A stretch of DNA of 64,000 nt, from NCBI GenBank assembly GCA_040954595.2, contig CM082580.2:3090783-3154782 (forward strand), written 5' to 3'. This stretch comes from Balanoglossus misakiensis. Taxonomy: Eukaryota > Animalia > Hemichordata. Below are positions 24,831 to 39,049 of the stretch, in pieces; the stretch's first letter is position 1, and every line of letters starts with the position of its first letter. Position numbers and translations under genes: made by a program. Under the pieces are notes generated by a model. That model had not been told where the DNA came from. It did not search any database and was given only the letters and a program-made list of their open reading frames with translations.

Positions 24831-26351
24831 TTAAAATTAAAATTCAAGCCTTCTCAATTGAACATTGTTACCTGTAGATAGATGATTTATTGACACAGCT
24901 GTCCAGTGTGTAAAATTGAAATTTTCTGAGCAAAAATTGCATTGGATGTGCTTTCTTCACCAAACTTACATGGTATGGTAGTTTTGACATTGCTAGAGCA
25001 CACCTACTGTAGAAGATTATTGTTTCACCCTCTTGTAAATTCCTCCTTATTGCAGGCAGAGTTCAAGGCACACACAATCACATAGAAAACAATAGATTCT
25101 CATAGGAATAAAACAATTTACTTTTACTTCCCTTTTCTCCATATTTTATAAGCTTTAACATAGTATGTACATACAATATACAGAAAAGTCACATAAACAT
25201 TTTGTGCTTGTGTTGGAAAACTTAAAAAAAAAGCAACAAGCTGAATTCTGTAGCTTGGTGCTATATAGACACAACCAAGAAATGACTGAACTCAAAACAG
25301 CAAAAAACTTGACAGAAATTGAAAGCTGCTAGCCTAGGCTAATACATTAGTTGGCTGTTGTTCAAATAAACAAAATAAGCATGAATGGGACGTGTGTTCC
25401 TTGCAATGTTAACTTCTGGCAAAGCTCAACACTGCATAATGTTTCAGTCACATAGTTCAAACCAGGTCATTGTCAAGGCCACATTAACCGACTGGTAGAA
25501 GAGACGCTTTATAACTTGCATCTTTGGTTGATTGGCAACCATCTATATAACGTTTATAAATAGATTTGGTCTCATAGTAGACAACTGTACCATTTTCCCC
25601 CGGAAATTACAAATAATACAATACATACATTAGATTAAATATAGAGTATTTATGACAACACAACTTCCAAAATCATGGAAAAAAAAATGTATAAAAATAA
25701 CATTGTTCCGTGGAAAACCTTAATATATTGCAGCTTCCCTCATGTATTGAATGTTGTAGACATGTGACTACTGCACCATTCAACTTCAAAATCACCACCA
25801 AAGACAAGCATATTTGTTGTATTGTAAATTTTGGTTATGATATCCCTGGTTACATAGGTATGTGTATGTCGCCACTTAGATGGAACAGGACAAAAAAAAT
25901 GTTATGAGTCATCTATTGTTTTAGTTATCCAGCACTTTTTGTTCAAAAGTGCATTTTCTCTCGATTTACAATCTTCACCACAATTGCCTTATGGATTTGA
26001 GGAAAATGTGTACTTCAAAAAGTTGACAGATTTTTCTTTCAGTGTTCGAAAACACTGTTTGTGGTTGGGTGTGGTATGAACCATAGTGTTTGCATTGTCT
26101 ACACGGATCAGCAAAATAATCCCTGATCCATCAATCACTGTCTTGCAATGAAGGTCAGCTGTACTAGCCTGCAAGAACCAAGCTTTATAAGGAGAATTCA
26201 TTTGGAAAATTTTGTGTGTACAACTTATTTATTATTTTCTCGATATAAATCTGATTAAAATCAGAAGTGTCAGTCTTTACCTCCAAATTTTGGTCTGTTC
26301 TTGTTTTGCTGCATGTCTGCTGTTTTCTGATTGTATGACTTGACAGTTAGA

Positions 26352-26546
26352 AAGGTATATGGTCACCTATGCAAATTTAGCTAGTTACCATGGTAAGTAG
26401 CTAAATCTAGCCAATCACAGAATTTCACTGGGTGCGTGGCACACATGAAAAAAAAAAGAGCGCGACCATATGTTCTTTAAAAAACCCAAATACACAATTT
26501 CAGCCATATATGGGCGTGTGCAAAATGGAGGTGACTGTGTACCTTT
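26352..26546. mobile_element. TIR element (AGGTATATGGTCACCT...AGGTGACTGTGTACCT|TTAA); fragments also at ~34220-34332 and ~57150-57252
   Basis: Shared core CTGTGATTGGCTAGAT...CCATGGTAACT..AGCTAA in three dispersed copies. Confidence 0.62.
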
Positions 26547-29500
26547 AAGGCATGCTATTTTAAATACAGACTAGAGGCACATTCAGCCTTTACATACAAG
26601 TATTGTTTTTGATAAAAGAGTCCTAATGAAACGTTAGAATTACCAATTGCTTTTTGAGGTATGAGAACAAAGGTGCACTGAAATTTCATTAAACAGAACA
26701 TATTTCTTGAAATGCACCTGTAACAAGGGCTAGTTCAGACTAGGTGCAGCAGACTACATTGTACATAATGGAATCACAAGTACAGCCACTTTGTAGGCAC
26801 TGTCATTGCATACCAGGTTCACACTGGGTAAAATTGGAAACGTTTCTGCGACACTATTTGTCTACATGGTAAACATAGAGCATTAATCCTTTGAGTCGCC
26901 TTGTGTCCACACACACGAAGTTTATGGGTGGGCGTTGGGGCTTGGCCCCATAGACAATGTGTTGGCTTGCGGAGAGGTGTTAATCCTTGACACTGGCTCA
27001 GGTCTGGCCAGCAAAGCTGTCTCAAACCTGACATGTTTCAGGACCACTTAAATCATTCACACATAATAATTTATGCCAGTATGTGACCTGAAACGTTTCA
27101 GAAACGTCGTAATGCTCCCTGTGTAAACCCTGTAGGCACAGTCATTCCATGAAGTATTTCCGATAACATGTTTGCCTAAATTCCTTGGATATCAGATATA
27201 AATGCTACCCACTGGAAAGAAAAAGGGCTGAATAGTTTGGGTGAATGCCAAATGAAAAAATGACACCCACCCACACATGGCATTGCACGCATAACTTAGT
27301 GCCTTCAAATATATAAGCCAGATAAATAACCCTATCACTTTGGATGACATTCATAGTAGAATTTCAGAAAAATGTAAGATAAATCAAACTGCCAGCTGAT
27401 CCTTTTTGTGTTTGGAATGGATCAGTACAGATAAACACAAACTTCTACACGGTGGTCATCAATAAATAGGGGAAAAATGAGTTTTGGCATAAATAGTAAC
27501 AAAAAAATATATATTTACACAACGCAACTTGGAATATTGCCCTGTCTACATACTTCTGGTTTCAGGTTCCCTTTTGTCGTAATGGATGGTTTTGTCTCGT
27601 TCTACAGCTTTCTCCATCGGAAGGTGGAATTCATCTACTGGTTGGCAGGGAAAACAGGAACAAGGAAGGTACATTGCATGTTGCATAAGCTTGCAGTTTG
27701 GCTCAGCTAAGGTTTTAGAACTATGTGAAAAAAATTCCTGTCTATTGCGTACAGGAGGACATATATGAAGGGAACAGTGTAGTGATAATGAAAGTGTGTG
27801 TGTGTGTGCACACTATGGCACAAACAATTACATGTACGAGTATATTACATGTACATCTACTTAAGAAATGCCCAAACTACACTCACTGACACCCTATTTA
27901 TAATCAGAAAATGAAAATTGTGGCGGCAAACTACTGGACAACATATATCTATATATGGTTTGAGATCTGATGAGCAATATTGGGATATTAAGGAGATCTG
28001 TAGGGTCAGTGCACGTCAGATGAATGCATATTAGCCGACAGCATATCCGCAAACAACATGGACGACTTTCCCGGATGTTGTTTTTGAAGAGAGGCTAGTG
28101 TCTACCACTCCCAGCATGGTCTGGGGTGTCGAGAACATAAAAAATTGCAATGTTATCTCCTTTTAAACAAGCAGGCTTTTCTCACGAAGTAAGGTGTGAA
28201 TAAGATAGTGAATAGTTTTAGAGTTTTGGGGGCAATATATACGATTGACCTTCAATTCTCACTTGTACAATTGATTCCATCCTAAGCTTAGAATCATATA
28301 ATACCACTGTTCAACGTTCTGGCTATAAACTACTGTACTATTCTAACAGGATGCATTTATGTCACTGGTATTCTTTGGGTATGTTTATCGACTGATAACC
28401 ACAGTTAAAGAATAAGACTACAAGTGACAGGCAGTCAATCGGTTATCCACCCCAGAATGTCTCTTATAAGCCCTGTCACCCTGGCAACCAATTTAGGATA
28501 ACACTCAAGATGACATTCACATTGAGTGGAACATCTAGAACATAAACTTGCCAGCCAATTTACTTATTGTAGTTTTTGTTTTGCGTGCTTTGCCTGCTTC
28601 CAAAAAAAAAAAAAATGAAAATATGAAGTGATAAGGTGATCAAACCTATTCAGTTTGTAGTATACAATAATCAGTACAGTGGTAATATCCCTCAAACAGG
28701 ACGTAGTCAGGAAGGACACTTTGAATCATGCTCGGTATTTTTTTTCATATCCATCATAATTTGCTAGCCGAGTCCTTGACTTATAGAGACCTGTGGATTG
28801 GTTGATTGAAGGTCACCCACGAGAAGACAGGCGGTGAATGACCGGACACAATATGCACATGACCTTGGACAGACACACAGCACTAACATTATCACAAACA
28901 ATATTATAGTAAGTATTGAATATGATTCCACAAACTGTGAACTTGGATTAAAATTTATCATGGGGCTTTCAAGCACTGCATTTTGATGTGTTGGTGAATT
29001 CTGAGAAATCTGTAAACCAAACCAAACCAAACCGAAAGTGCTGTCATAAAACCATACAACATAGGGAAATACAGTTTTGAAACGACTGGATGACAATGTT
29101 TTATGCAACTGAATATGAACTCTTATAATTAAAGACACCTTAAATTCATTACCATACAGCTTTCAAATAACTGTTACAAAAATGAATTGTACCATGCATT
29201 CATTTTTCATACGTGTAAAGTAGGCAGAGCAAGGACTGCATTCGGTCAGCACGTTGAATCTTCTACATATTACAGGCTTTGTTCCAACCGTAGGACATTT
29301 CAATGCTGCAGCACAATACCATTGTAAATAGTTCCTTTAGCCCACTCTGAGTGGGCGGCTGTAACCACAGTAATTTCCCACGCCTTCCACATACTTGCCT
29401 GGTGTCATGTGTTGATCAGCTGAGAAGCTCACAAAATACTTGCCGTGACATGCACTGGTCCTAAGATAGCATAGGTACAGCAAACAAACGCACACGACTC

Positions 29501-29597
29501 CACTGGCATCACAGAATAATAAAAGAACTTGCTTCTCTCTCTCTCTCTCCTTTATAATACACATTTTACAGACTTTGGGGAATTACTTGCATTTTAA

Positions 29598-32500
29598 TTA
29601 CGTTTTTGCAAACAATGTTGCTCCAATTGTTACAAGTCCAAGTGCAGCCACACCAAAGAGAGTCTTTCCTGACGGCCAGGTTGTAGAATTGTCACTAGCT
29701 CCAGCATGGAATTGTACAAGACCATCCTGTCAAAGAGAATCAGAGATCAAATGTAAGACCACTAATCTATGCAACAAATGATGACCAACACCATGACCAC
29801 ATGTTGAATTTAAAGGTCTCATGCCATGCCCTATACAACCACGCGTAAAATCACTATTTGGGTCTTGAAGTTAACGTATGTTACTACAGTCAAACCTGTG
29901 TTAGTGACCACCTCTATATAGTGACCACCTCTACATAGTGACCACTTAGTTACAGTCCCTGTGCAATTTACACGTGTATAAATTAACCTGTCTATAAAGA
30001 CCACCTGTCTATAAAGGCCAGTTTGGTAAAGTCCCTTGACTGGCCACTATAGACAGGTTTGACTGTATCTTGCAATGCGTTTTGCCCCTTGTGCTTAGAT
30101 AACAAGCAAGTAAAAGTGGCGGGTGGGCGTGTACCCCTAACCCAACTCAGTCGAGTTTTTTCGGCTTTTCGAAGTTCAGTCGAAGGCTTATCTTGATGTG
30201 GACAAATAGTCTTTCACACCTTCGCAAATCCTCTGCCTGTAATGTGAAACAAGGGCTTCCTTTGCTTTGAACACTGTTTATATAGCTTGTCTTTGTCTGT
30301 GGACTTAATTACGCATGGACCGCTAATTACACCATACTGTTAGCAGAATGGTACACTATGACATAGTGTACTTGTTTGTCCATATGCAAATACCTTCGCC
30401 TGGCTCGAGTGCGAAGTGGCTCCCTGATCACAGGCATGAAAAAAGGGGGCAAATTCCGGCATTCACGCACATTTTTCGGAACCGACACAATAGGCAATGC
30501 ATAGACAAGTACCTTAGGTGAGCTTTTGATGTGGAAAAATGAAAACTTTCCAAAGCATGACATGAGACCTTTAACATCATTGTTGGCACAACAGAAATGA
30601 TGACTGCTTGTGACTAGACACATGCAACTACAGTAAAACAGGTTATTTTCACGACAGGGAATTTTCGCGATATCAAAAGAGACAACTGTTATCCGAGGAT
30701 TAATTTTCGCGTTCTTGATTTCACTAACTGCAGTTATCGCCGAAAAACATTTACACGACTTTTATTATCACGTCTTTTTGGCTCTCGCACATTTCGCGAA
30801 AATTTATTGCTCGCGAAAATAACCCATTTTACAGATACATGTATTAATGACACCCTCTTTGCTAGACCAATCTCGTGAGAGTGACTGTGCCTCAACACAA
30901 GACTTGTTCTTGCATCTTGTTTGCAACATTTTGACAAAGTTACCCGTTCAATTCTCTGCTTTTAACTGTTACACCAACAGCTGAACACTCTCAGCTGTAA
31001 ATAACAGTCCTTCCTGGTGCTACTATAATTTTTGTGAATTTATTCTAATGACGATAGCTACCCATTCAACCCCAATATATTTTATTGGAGTAAACTCTGC
31101 CCAACATATGTTGAATATAACCAGGTCTGAGGAGCTGTCCATGACTACAATGATCTTCACTCCTGAATAGATTTTGCCTTGGTCCACACTTGATTAAATT
31201 GTACCCACGACAGCTTAGGGTCAACATAAAATGATCAGCCCCTTCTGACCCCTGCTTTCTTTTGTCACTATTGAAAACTGCTGACTTGCACAATGACAAT
31301 CTGATCATGCTTTTTAGTAGCAAGGGCAAAAAGACAGCTTATCTCCATTGGAACTAGTGGAGACATCAAGGAGATAAGTTTTTTTGCATGGATGGATAAT
31401 GATTAACCCTAATGCTACTGGGTGTCATACCTGTCTACATGTAGAGTGTCAAGTCCCTTAAAATATGTATTTGCCACTTTTTCTTCTAAAACGAACTTTG
31501 ACTGTCTTGACATGCCTCTCATACAAACTATGACACACTAGGCAATCTGAACCCCCTGTAAAAATGTACCACATCGCACTGGTTTGCACTGTATTGGTCT
31601 GAGGGTCTCGTCAAAAATACGATATTGACTTCATGTCATTTTTTGCATTAGTACAATATTAGCACCATCATGAGGACACTTCTAGGACCCTGGAAAGAAC
31701 ACTGCAAAGTAATCAGACAATTTGTTTCTTAGAAATTACCTTTTCAACCACAAAAAGTTGATATTGATATTTTCGCAATTTTGGCACATCATAATGAGCA
31801 GAGGACATCCCTTAAAACCCACAAATCTGATTTGAAGCAATTTGATGAGCCAATGTCGGGAATTATCTTTTTGACCAAATATAACCTAGTAAAAACATAC
31901 CAAAAACTACAAAATTGCTAATTTTGCCATAATTTGAACAAAAACTGAACAGCATCTATGAATAACCTGCATACCAAATTCAAGGGCAATTCTTGCAATA
32001 TTATGTAGGTTTTTACCTCCTGCCGAGGAGACAAATACATTATAATTGCATTATTGGTAAAAAGGTCGACAGTTCACTGTAGTAAGAGTTCAAAGTAGAT
32101 GACAGATGCATAGTGATCCCTGTGTATACAACTTGCACTAGAGTAGTCTCGGTTACCCAGACCCCTCAGCAGCTGTTCGAAATCCTGACAGCTGCCATTT
32201 TATTTTACAAATCGTTCTATGGTATTTCCCCAAACTCTTTTACTGGACTTGCAGCGAAAGAAGTAGAAGGGTTTGGATATACCGAGACTAGTATTTGAGA
32301 TACTTGGTTTATGGGGACATCACCATGCAGAAATTTAATGCTGCATCTGTGTGTGTGTATGAGTACTGAAAAGATATTGGGACTATTGATGAAGGGGACA
32401 GTTTGGACATAGGCTGTGTACACAGCTCTTGAATGTAGTGTGAAGTTCACTGTTATACAGTGCGGCCAAAATTCCACTCCCAGACAATCTTTCTTAGGTT

Positions 32501-35384
32501 TCTGTCCTTGCTCTAATTTCTAAATTTAGCCAGGATCAGAGGAAGTTATGGACCTGGATCAGAGGAAATTATGGATCTGTGACATGCTACGTGGGAAGTA
32601 CATTGTATGGTATGGGATCTGTGCTATGGTAGTGTTACATGGGAACCATGGAATAATGTTGTAAATTTGCTTGTCTTTTCTTAAGCTGTCAAACTACTGA
32701 CTAAAATGCCTTTGGAAGGGGAAACTCCGATATTGTTCTGGACTAACAGGTACATGCATTGTACAAAATGTACCCACATTGAAACATAATAATACTATGT
32801 GTCACTGTGGGTTAATACTAATGATCACAAATGATGTTTCTGATGGCCAGGTATTACCAATCAACACATCTTGCAGATCACTGCAAATTGCAATTACTTG
32901 TCAAGATCAATATGCTTATATAACACGTATTGTAACATAAGTATGTGAGATATTACTATATGTCAAATTCATAATTTGTCCAGATGTATTTCCACCTCCA
33001 TTAAATTTGAGCTGTTTAATACGTTTAAATGAAATATTACTGGGTATAATTTCAGGTAGCAAGGACATTTCATGGCATAAATTCCAATTCTATCTCATTC
33101 ACATCAGAAGTGTTGACTATATACTTCATCCATGAGAAAATCTATTTTTAAACAGACCTATTTACATAAGAACAGCCTTCAGATTGTGACTGACAAGCAG
33201 TCCCGACAGGGCTGACTCTGCTCTCTTGTCTACATAACCATATTTGGAAAAGTGAAAGTACTGCCCTCTATCACTTTGCATATGCAAATAAAGCAACATG
33301 TTCAAATGTCAAACAGTCACCGATAGATATCCAATATTCAAAGGATAAACAGAACACTACTGTACAATTGAAAAATATCGCGAAATTTACAGCCTCTAAT
33401 ATTTCATGAATTAGATCTCAAGATCTGGTCAGCCGGAAATGTCTTTGACGCACAACTTTTCATGAAATATGTAGTTTTCTGACTTAACTGGCATTTTAAT
33501 AAAGAATTGTCAGTAAATATAGCCAACACTATGGTATGATCATATGTTATCTTAATAAATCTGACTAAAACATCTTAGTTGGAATAGCCTCCTATAAATA
33601 GAAAAAATATCTGAATACTGTTTATTCAGCATACATGTAGTTTGCAATGTTTCCACAGTACTCCATAGACAGTCATTCAACCTTTGATAATCACTTGCAG
33701 TGGCCTCATGAATTATTCCTACGACAGCTCTACAAATAAAATATGCCAGTCACGAGAAAATCTATTTCAGTCATTAAGGAAGCATGTGTGAATACACATC
33801 TCTTGTTTCTGTGCCCGAATGTTTAAACTTCTGTATTATGTGTGCGTTTCAAACTGCAGTGCCGTAACAAATAACCTTCAATAAATTTCATTTTGATCAC
33901 TGATCACGAGCACATGGGATTCACCCAGACAATTTTAATTATGTTCACAAATTTCCAGTTTTAGTAAAAACTCTAATAAAGGCAGAAACAGGAAAATGTC
34001 ATGGCTGGAAATTTCCATAAAGGATGTTGTGGTTGTTGAAAATTTCCATACAGGAAAAAAGTGTCATTGGGATTTCCTACAATGAATGACCCCCCCCCCC
34101 AAAAAAAAAGGGGGAAAAAATTAATAATGCTGTCAATTTTGATCCTTTCCCTCGCATGAATTTCCAGCTACATGTACTTTGGCCATAAATTGCCAAAATG
34201 TACAGAATGTTCAAGGCTAGAACATATGGTGGCGCTCTTTTTTCACGTGTGCCACCCACTGAAAATCTGTGATTGGCTAGATCTCAATTTGCCATGGTAA
34301 CTCTAGCTAATTTTCCATAGGTGACCGTATACAGTATTTGCTTTTGTGTCGGAACGCTGATGTCCAATAACAAAGACTCCAAGGGGAAACAGTGCCAAAA
34401 TTAATAAAATCTCTTGAAAGCCATTATGTGTTTCTCAAAATGAAACGAAATTTACACACTACTATTAGCACTGCGTAAAATGAAGTATACTACGGTAAGA
34501 TGGAAATGGTAGTAGTAGTGATGAAGTATAAGAAAGGGATCCACATCCTTTCCGTGATCATGATGCAGACAAAGAAATCAATAGTAAACCAAACTCTCAG
34601 TTAAAATGGAAACATAAAATACGACATATAAATAAAGAAAGGGTCAAACGATCATGAAAATACTAGCATGTAAAATTCCGTTCTCGTGACAGCATTACTT
34701 TTCTACAGTGCGTGCTTGAAATTCTCAAATTTCATTCATAAAATGGCAATGGCTGCAAGGGCATGGCGGTCAATGGATGTGCTAATGCATAGCAGTTCCT
34801 CTACACAATGCACGTGCCGTCTCCATCAATGAAATAGTCTGAAATTGCTCCTCCATCCAGCCAGACTTCTCAAGATGGGGGACGGGCACGGCTTGTGATG
34901 ATCTGAATTTAGTGACTTATCCGCTAATACCTACCCAATTTCCATTTTCTATGATCCACTGGGCTAAATTATTGTCCGTGTACTGGGTGACCCAGTCGAC
35001 GATTCGATTCACATATTGGGCCATTTCTCTCTCCACACACTGGATGGCCAAGGCGCCGCCGAACGCATACAAAGCTACAATCCTTCCCCACGTCACTCCT
35101 TCGGTGAACAACTCGTTGGTAACCGCCGTAAAGGTAGGGTACGCCGTACTCGGCGTTATGTGTAGCTGATCGCACATTCCTTGAAAAACGTCCCTGTACC
35201 TCTGTTCAAATTCATCGCCCAACGCTCTCATGGTGAAATTGGCTCTCGTCGGCGGGGACAACCTGGGGCACGATGGCCACTCCAATCCCCGGCTGTTCAG
35301 TTTGTAGAATATATAGTCGACTACAACCGTCCTCGACTCAAAGTTCACCATGGTGTTCACGTTCTGACTCGACGGAGAACTCAT
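29598..35384 (-). CDS. Anti-apoptotic Bcl-2 family protein (Bcl-2/Bcl-xL/Bcl-w-like): exons 35384-34935 (alternative starts 35513 or 35351) and 29726-29598
   Basis: BH4 (SRTVVVDYIFYKL), BH3 (MRALGDEFEQRY), BH1 (ELFTEGVTWGRIVALYAFGG), and BH2 (WIIENGNW|DGLVQF) split by the family's conserved phase-0 intron. C-terminal TM anchor TLFGVAALGLVTIGATLFAKT*. Confidence 0.93.
29887..30065. mobile_element. MITE family A copy (opposite orientation) in the Bcl-2 intron
   Basis: TA|CAGTCAAACCTGT...ACAGGTTTGACTG|TA. Confidence 0.82.
30631..30834. mobile_element. MITE family B-related subfamily copy
   Basis: CAGTAAAACAGGTTATTTTC...GAAAATAACCCATTTTACAG; internal similarity to family B. Confidence 0.72.
32148..32290. 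mobile_element. Short TIR element (TAGTCTCGG...CCGAGACTA)
   Basis: Imperfect inverted termini TAGTCTCGGTTACCCAGACCC / GGGTTTGGATATACCGAGACTA. Confidence 0.5.
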
Positions 35385-35544
35385 GCAGGACTGTGTCAGT
35401 AATTCTCCGAATTCTCTGAATAAGGCGACAATCTTCTGTGTCGAACCAGCCAGCCAATTTCCAACGCCCACACACTGCTGATCTCCACCGCCGTCGCTGC
35501 CTGCTCGCTGCATTGGGTGAGATCTCGTCGGGAAATGCAAAACC

Positions 35545-35700
35545 TCTTCGCGTGAAACCCGGCTAGGCTGTGTTATTTATAATCGACCGCCCCGCTAGAC
35601 GACATATGATAAATATTCATAATGACGTTCGGCGAAATCTGCTTTGAATGAACTTGCGCAGACAGACTCGGGGAGGAGTGCCACATCGCACGTAAAAGTA
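35545..35700 (-). promoter_or_regulatory. Putative TATA-containing promoter of the Bcl-2-like gene
   Basis: TATAAATA on the minus strand at 35581-35574 with a GC-box-like GGGCGG just upstream, in CpG-rich surroundings. Confidence 0.55.
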
Positions 35701-38700
35701 TATATATCTACACTACCTTTGTGTTTACCAGACGTGAAAGAAATTAAACGTCGTGTACCGGTGATACGTGACTACCAGTACAGTCCCTCCATCATGTTAT
35801 ATATAGACTGACGGCTATATTATGTTCCGTATATTGTATCACTGATATTGGTATTTCGCAGAGGGAGGGATTACGCAAATGTAAACGAAAGGCGGTTTAG
35901 ATCTGAAGCATTCCTTGCATTATCGACCCAGTGGTGTCGTTCACTGAGACCACCCATATACGTGAATATCCACAATAAGAATAACAAATTTACATATTTA
36001 CGTAAACAATAGCCATAGTAACCGTAGACGCTATGGTCATGTACGTATGGTGGTAACACAGAGACTGGATAGTTACCATGGAACGTAGAACGTGGAGATA
36101 GCCAATCACTGATTTTTACTTGTGTGTCCACTAGGAAAAGTGCGCCACCACACGGTCATTAAAGGGACAGAAGCTGTAACTTTTGATATTTCGTCCAGTA
36201 TTTTAGTCTGCGTACCTACATTTGTTGTTGTTCTCATCTCTACAACGTGTTGACTTGCCCTCAGTAGAACAAGATAGTATTTGTTGCACAGAACAAAATA
36301 GCCAAACAATCCCCCAAAAGTTATTGGCACATCCTTTTTATAATGTAAAGCATAAAATTCCTAAAATTAGGGGAGGGAAGAATGTCATTAAAGTATCAAT
36401 ATTTTATATTCGCAATATCAACAAACATTTAGACATGGTAGAAAAATCTGTCACATACATGTATTTTGTTACCAAGAAAACATCCATCTGATGTTTTATG
36501 AGAGTATAGCCTTCTGGTAAACTGTGTTCTTTGTCTGGAAACATTGCACTAAAATCCCAAGGACTCTGAGTTTAACATGCATTATCAACTGATTGTATCA
36601 ATCTTTACAATGTGTATTATCAATGTCTACCATGGATATTTTGCAAAATGTCGTTTTTTTATGGTTATCAGGATGTAAACTTCATAGACATCTTTTCTAT
36701 GTGATTTACTTTTGAAATACTCAAGTACATTTATCGTTACTGCAAGTCTGGGGGCAAAATCATCTCACCATGGTGTTGACAATCTGTGTGTAGAAAGGAC
36801 AGATAATGTTCACAACTGTCAAATTCATCAAGATCAAATGTATCAATCGGTTCAAGTTTGTCTTTTGGGAAATTTCAAAATGCTGTAGGCTGATTTGATA
36901 AGATACTACTGAGAAATACTGACGTTTTTCTGTAGTCAATCGAACTTATATTTGACATATTACCTGAAGGAAAATGTCTTTAATAGAATTTAATGGTTTG
37001 AACCCATCAAAACAGCTGTTCATCATATGTCTGCAATCATTGGCACGTCAGAAAACTACAGGAAATGTCAACTCTCAGCAAGACCTCCTAGGAAAGAATA
37101 ATTTCCCTCCCTGCTAATCAGCAACCAATAAATCTTTCCCAAATTAGCCGGGAAAGGCCACAAAATTGTTTCTTATAATTCTAGTGTAGTTGTTCAAATC
37201 AAGTCTTGGATTAAACTGTGGCATATCAAAAAGCTATTAAAATAGTTAACATCTTTGCTCAACAGATAATGGATGACCTCAGGATCAAAAGTGTATATGT
37301 TGTTGGGACTATGTCTCTTTTGACTGAAACACACAGATACATCCTGGATTATCATTATTGAAGCTGGCAACCAGAAGACTACAATAGTGACGACAATTAC
37401 ATGATCTAGTTCAGATTCCTCCAGCCATCCTTTCTCTTGCCTCTTATCTTTATGGTTTATATTTTAATTTTCACAGACAGTAATGACATTCCATATTTCT
37501 CTTATGCATCATTATTTGTTTTTCTTAGAAAAAAAAATGGATGATAATTCTGTTTGATAGTTCCCACTATACATGTAATAATTCCAACCTAAACCAGGAA
37601 CAAAGGTAATGCATTTTGTAATGTGTCCCAGTCGATTTTTTGTTGACTTGACAATAAAAAAAATAAAAAAGTTCATATATTTCATAATATTTATATTACA
37701 TTCCAAACTTGTGAAATGGCAATCACAAATGATCGAACAGATGCAAATGTTGTTATATTCAATATTTACTATCTTGAATTCACTAAATAAATTCGTGAAT
37801 CGGAAAGACATTTTGTTACATGAGAACTTCCCACAACACGCATGCCATTTAATATTTATACCAGCTAAGACTTGTGATCGTAAAAATAGCCTGGGTGGCC
37901 AATAAACCAATTCTACATTCACTATTGACTAGGCTAGGGTATAGACATTTACATCACAGACAACCCATTTCGGATATCATTATCACTGACAATGTCACGA
38001 AGTTTTCCAATTTCCAACAAATTGTGCTTTTATTTGGATTGTATGTGTAAACACCATTAACATGCTTCATGATTTTATGGCCTTGTTTCGGATGAGTGGC
38101 TTCCGAACTTAAAGACACGCTACTATATGCCGATTACTAATACACTTTAAAACCATGTGAATTCATCCTGCTTTATGAATTTTTCAGTTGCTTTGGAACT
38201 CTGACACTCATATTCCACTGGCAAGGACAAATGACAAAGAACACACTTTCCACTTTAAACAATCCCCCCCCCATAATTGACTAATTTTTAGCAAAATCAT
38301 GTCTATAAATGCCCAACATACATCTATACATCAAACCAGATATGAACTGAATATGTTCACATGATTATACTTTGTGGTAATGACAGAAATGTGCAAATTA
38401 AGCAATATACTGATCTCTTTTATCCATTACTATCTTTGTGAAATCATATCATTGTCTCTAATATTTTTCATAAAATTTGTTCAATTTGTTAAATATTCAA
38501 ATCAGCACCTAATATTAACACGAGTCTGGTAAATGTCTCCCAGTACATTCAGATCTCTGTCACATCAATATCTGTACCCATGTTTCATTAAAAGTACATT
38601 TTAGTAATACATCATTAATTAGAGAATTAACTAAATATGCAAATTTGCACTTCATTGATTATTGATGACTGTGCATTATTTATATTGTGAATAAGTATGA

Positions 38701-39049
38701 AAACAATACCTCTGGCGATTTTCATCAAATTTGGCTCAGTATCTCTTGATTTATGAAGATAATAAAACAAGTTCCTAAACCATGCAAATTAGCAGTTAAT
38801 TATTCAACATGTTACTGCTAACTGTCTCATAACCTAGTCAGTTCACTGAATGATTTGTGACTGTACAGACCAAACTTAATTCATATCCTTTTTGAGCAAA
38901 CAAGTAAATGGCTCTGTTATGGTAGAGATTAAGTTTGGACATTTCTTGTACATGTAATAATCAAATAACAAAGATATCTTTTCTGAACACAGTCTGTAAG
39001 AGGGACTTGCCAGCATATCCGATCATTAGATCAGATTTTGTGACATATA

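Noticed and set aside
27583-27660. Plus-strand peptide MDGFVSFYSF resembling a Bcl-2 BH2 second exon (WDGFVxFY)
   Set aside because: Wrong strand for the gene, no acceptor and no TM anchor. The true exon 2 is at 29726-29598 (-). Treated as chance.
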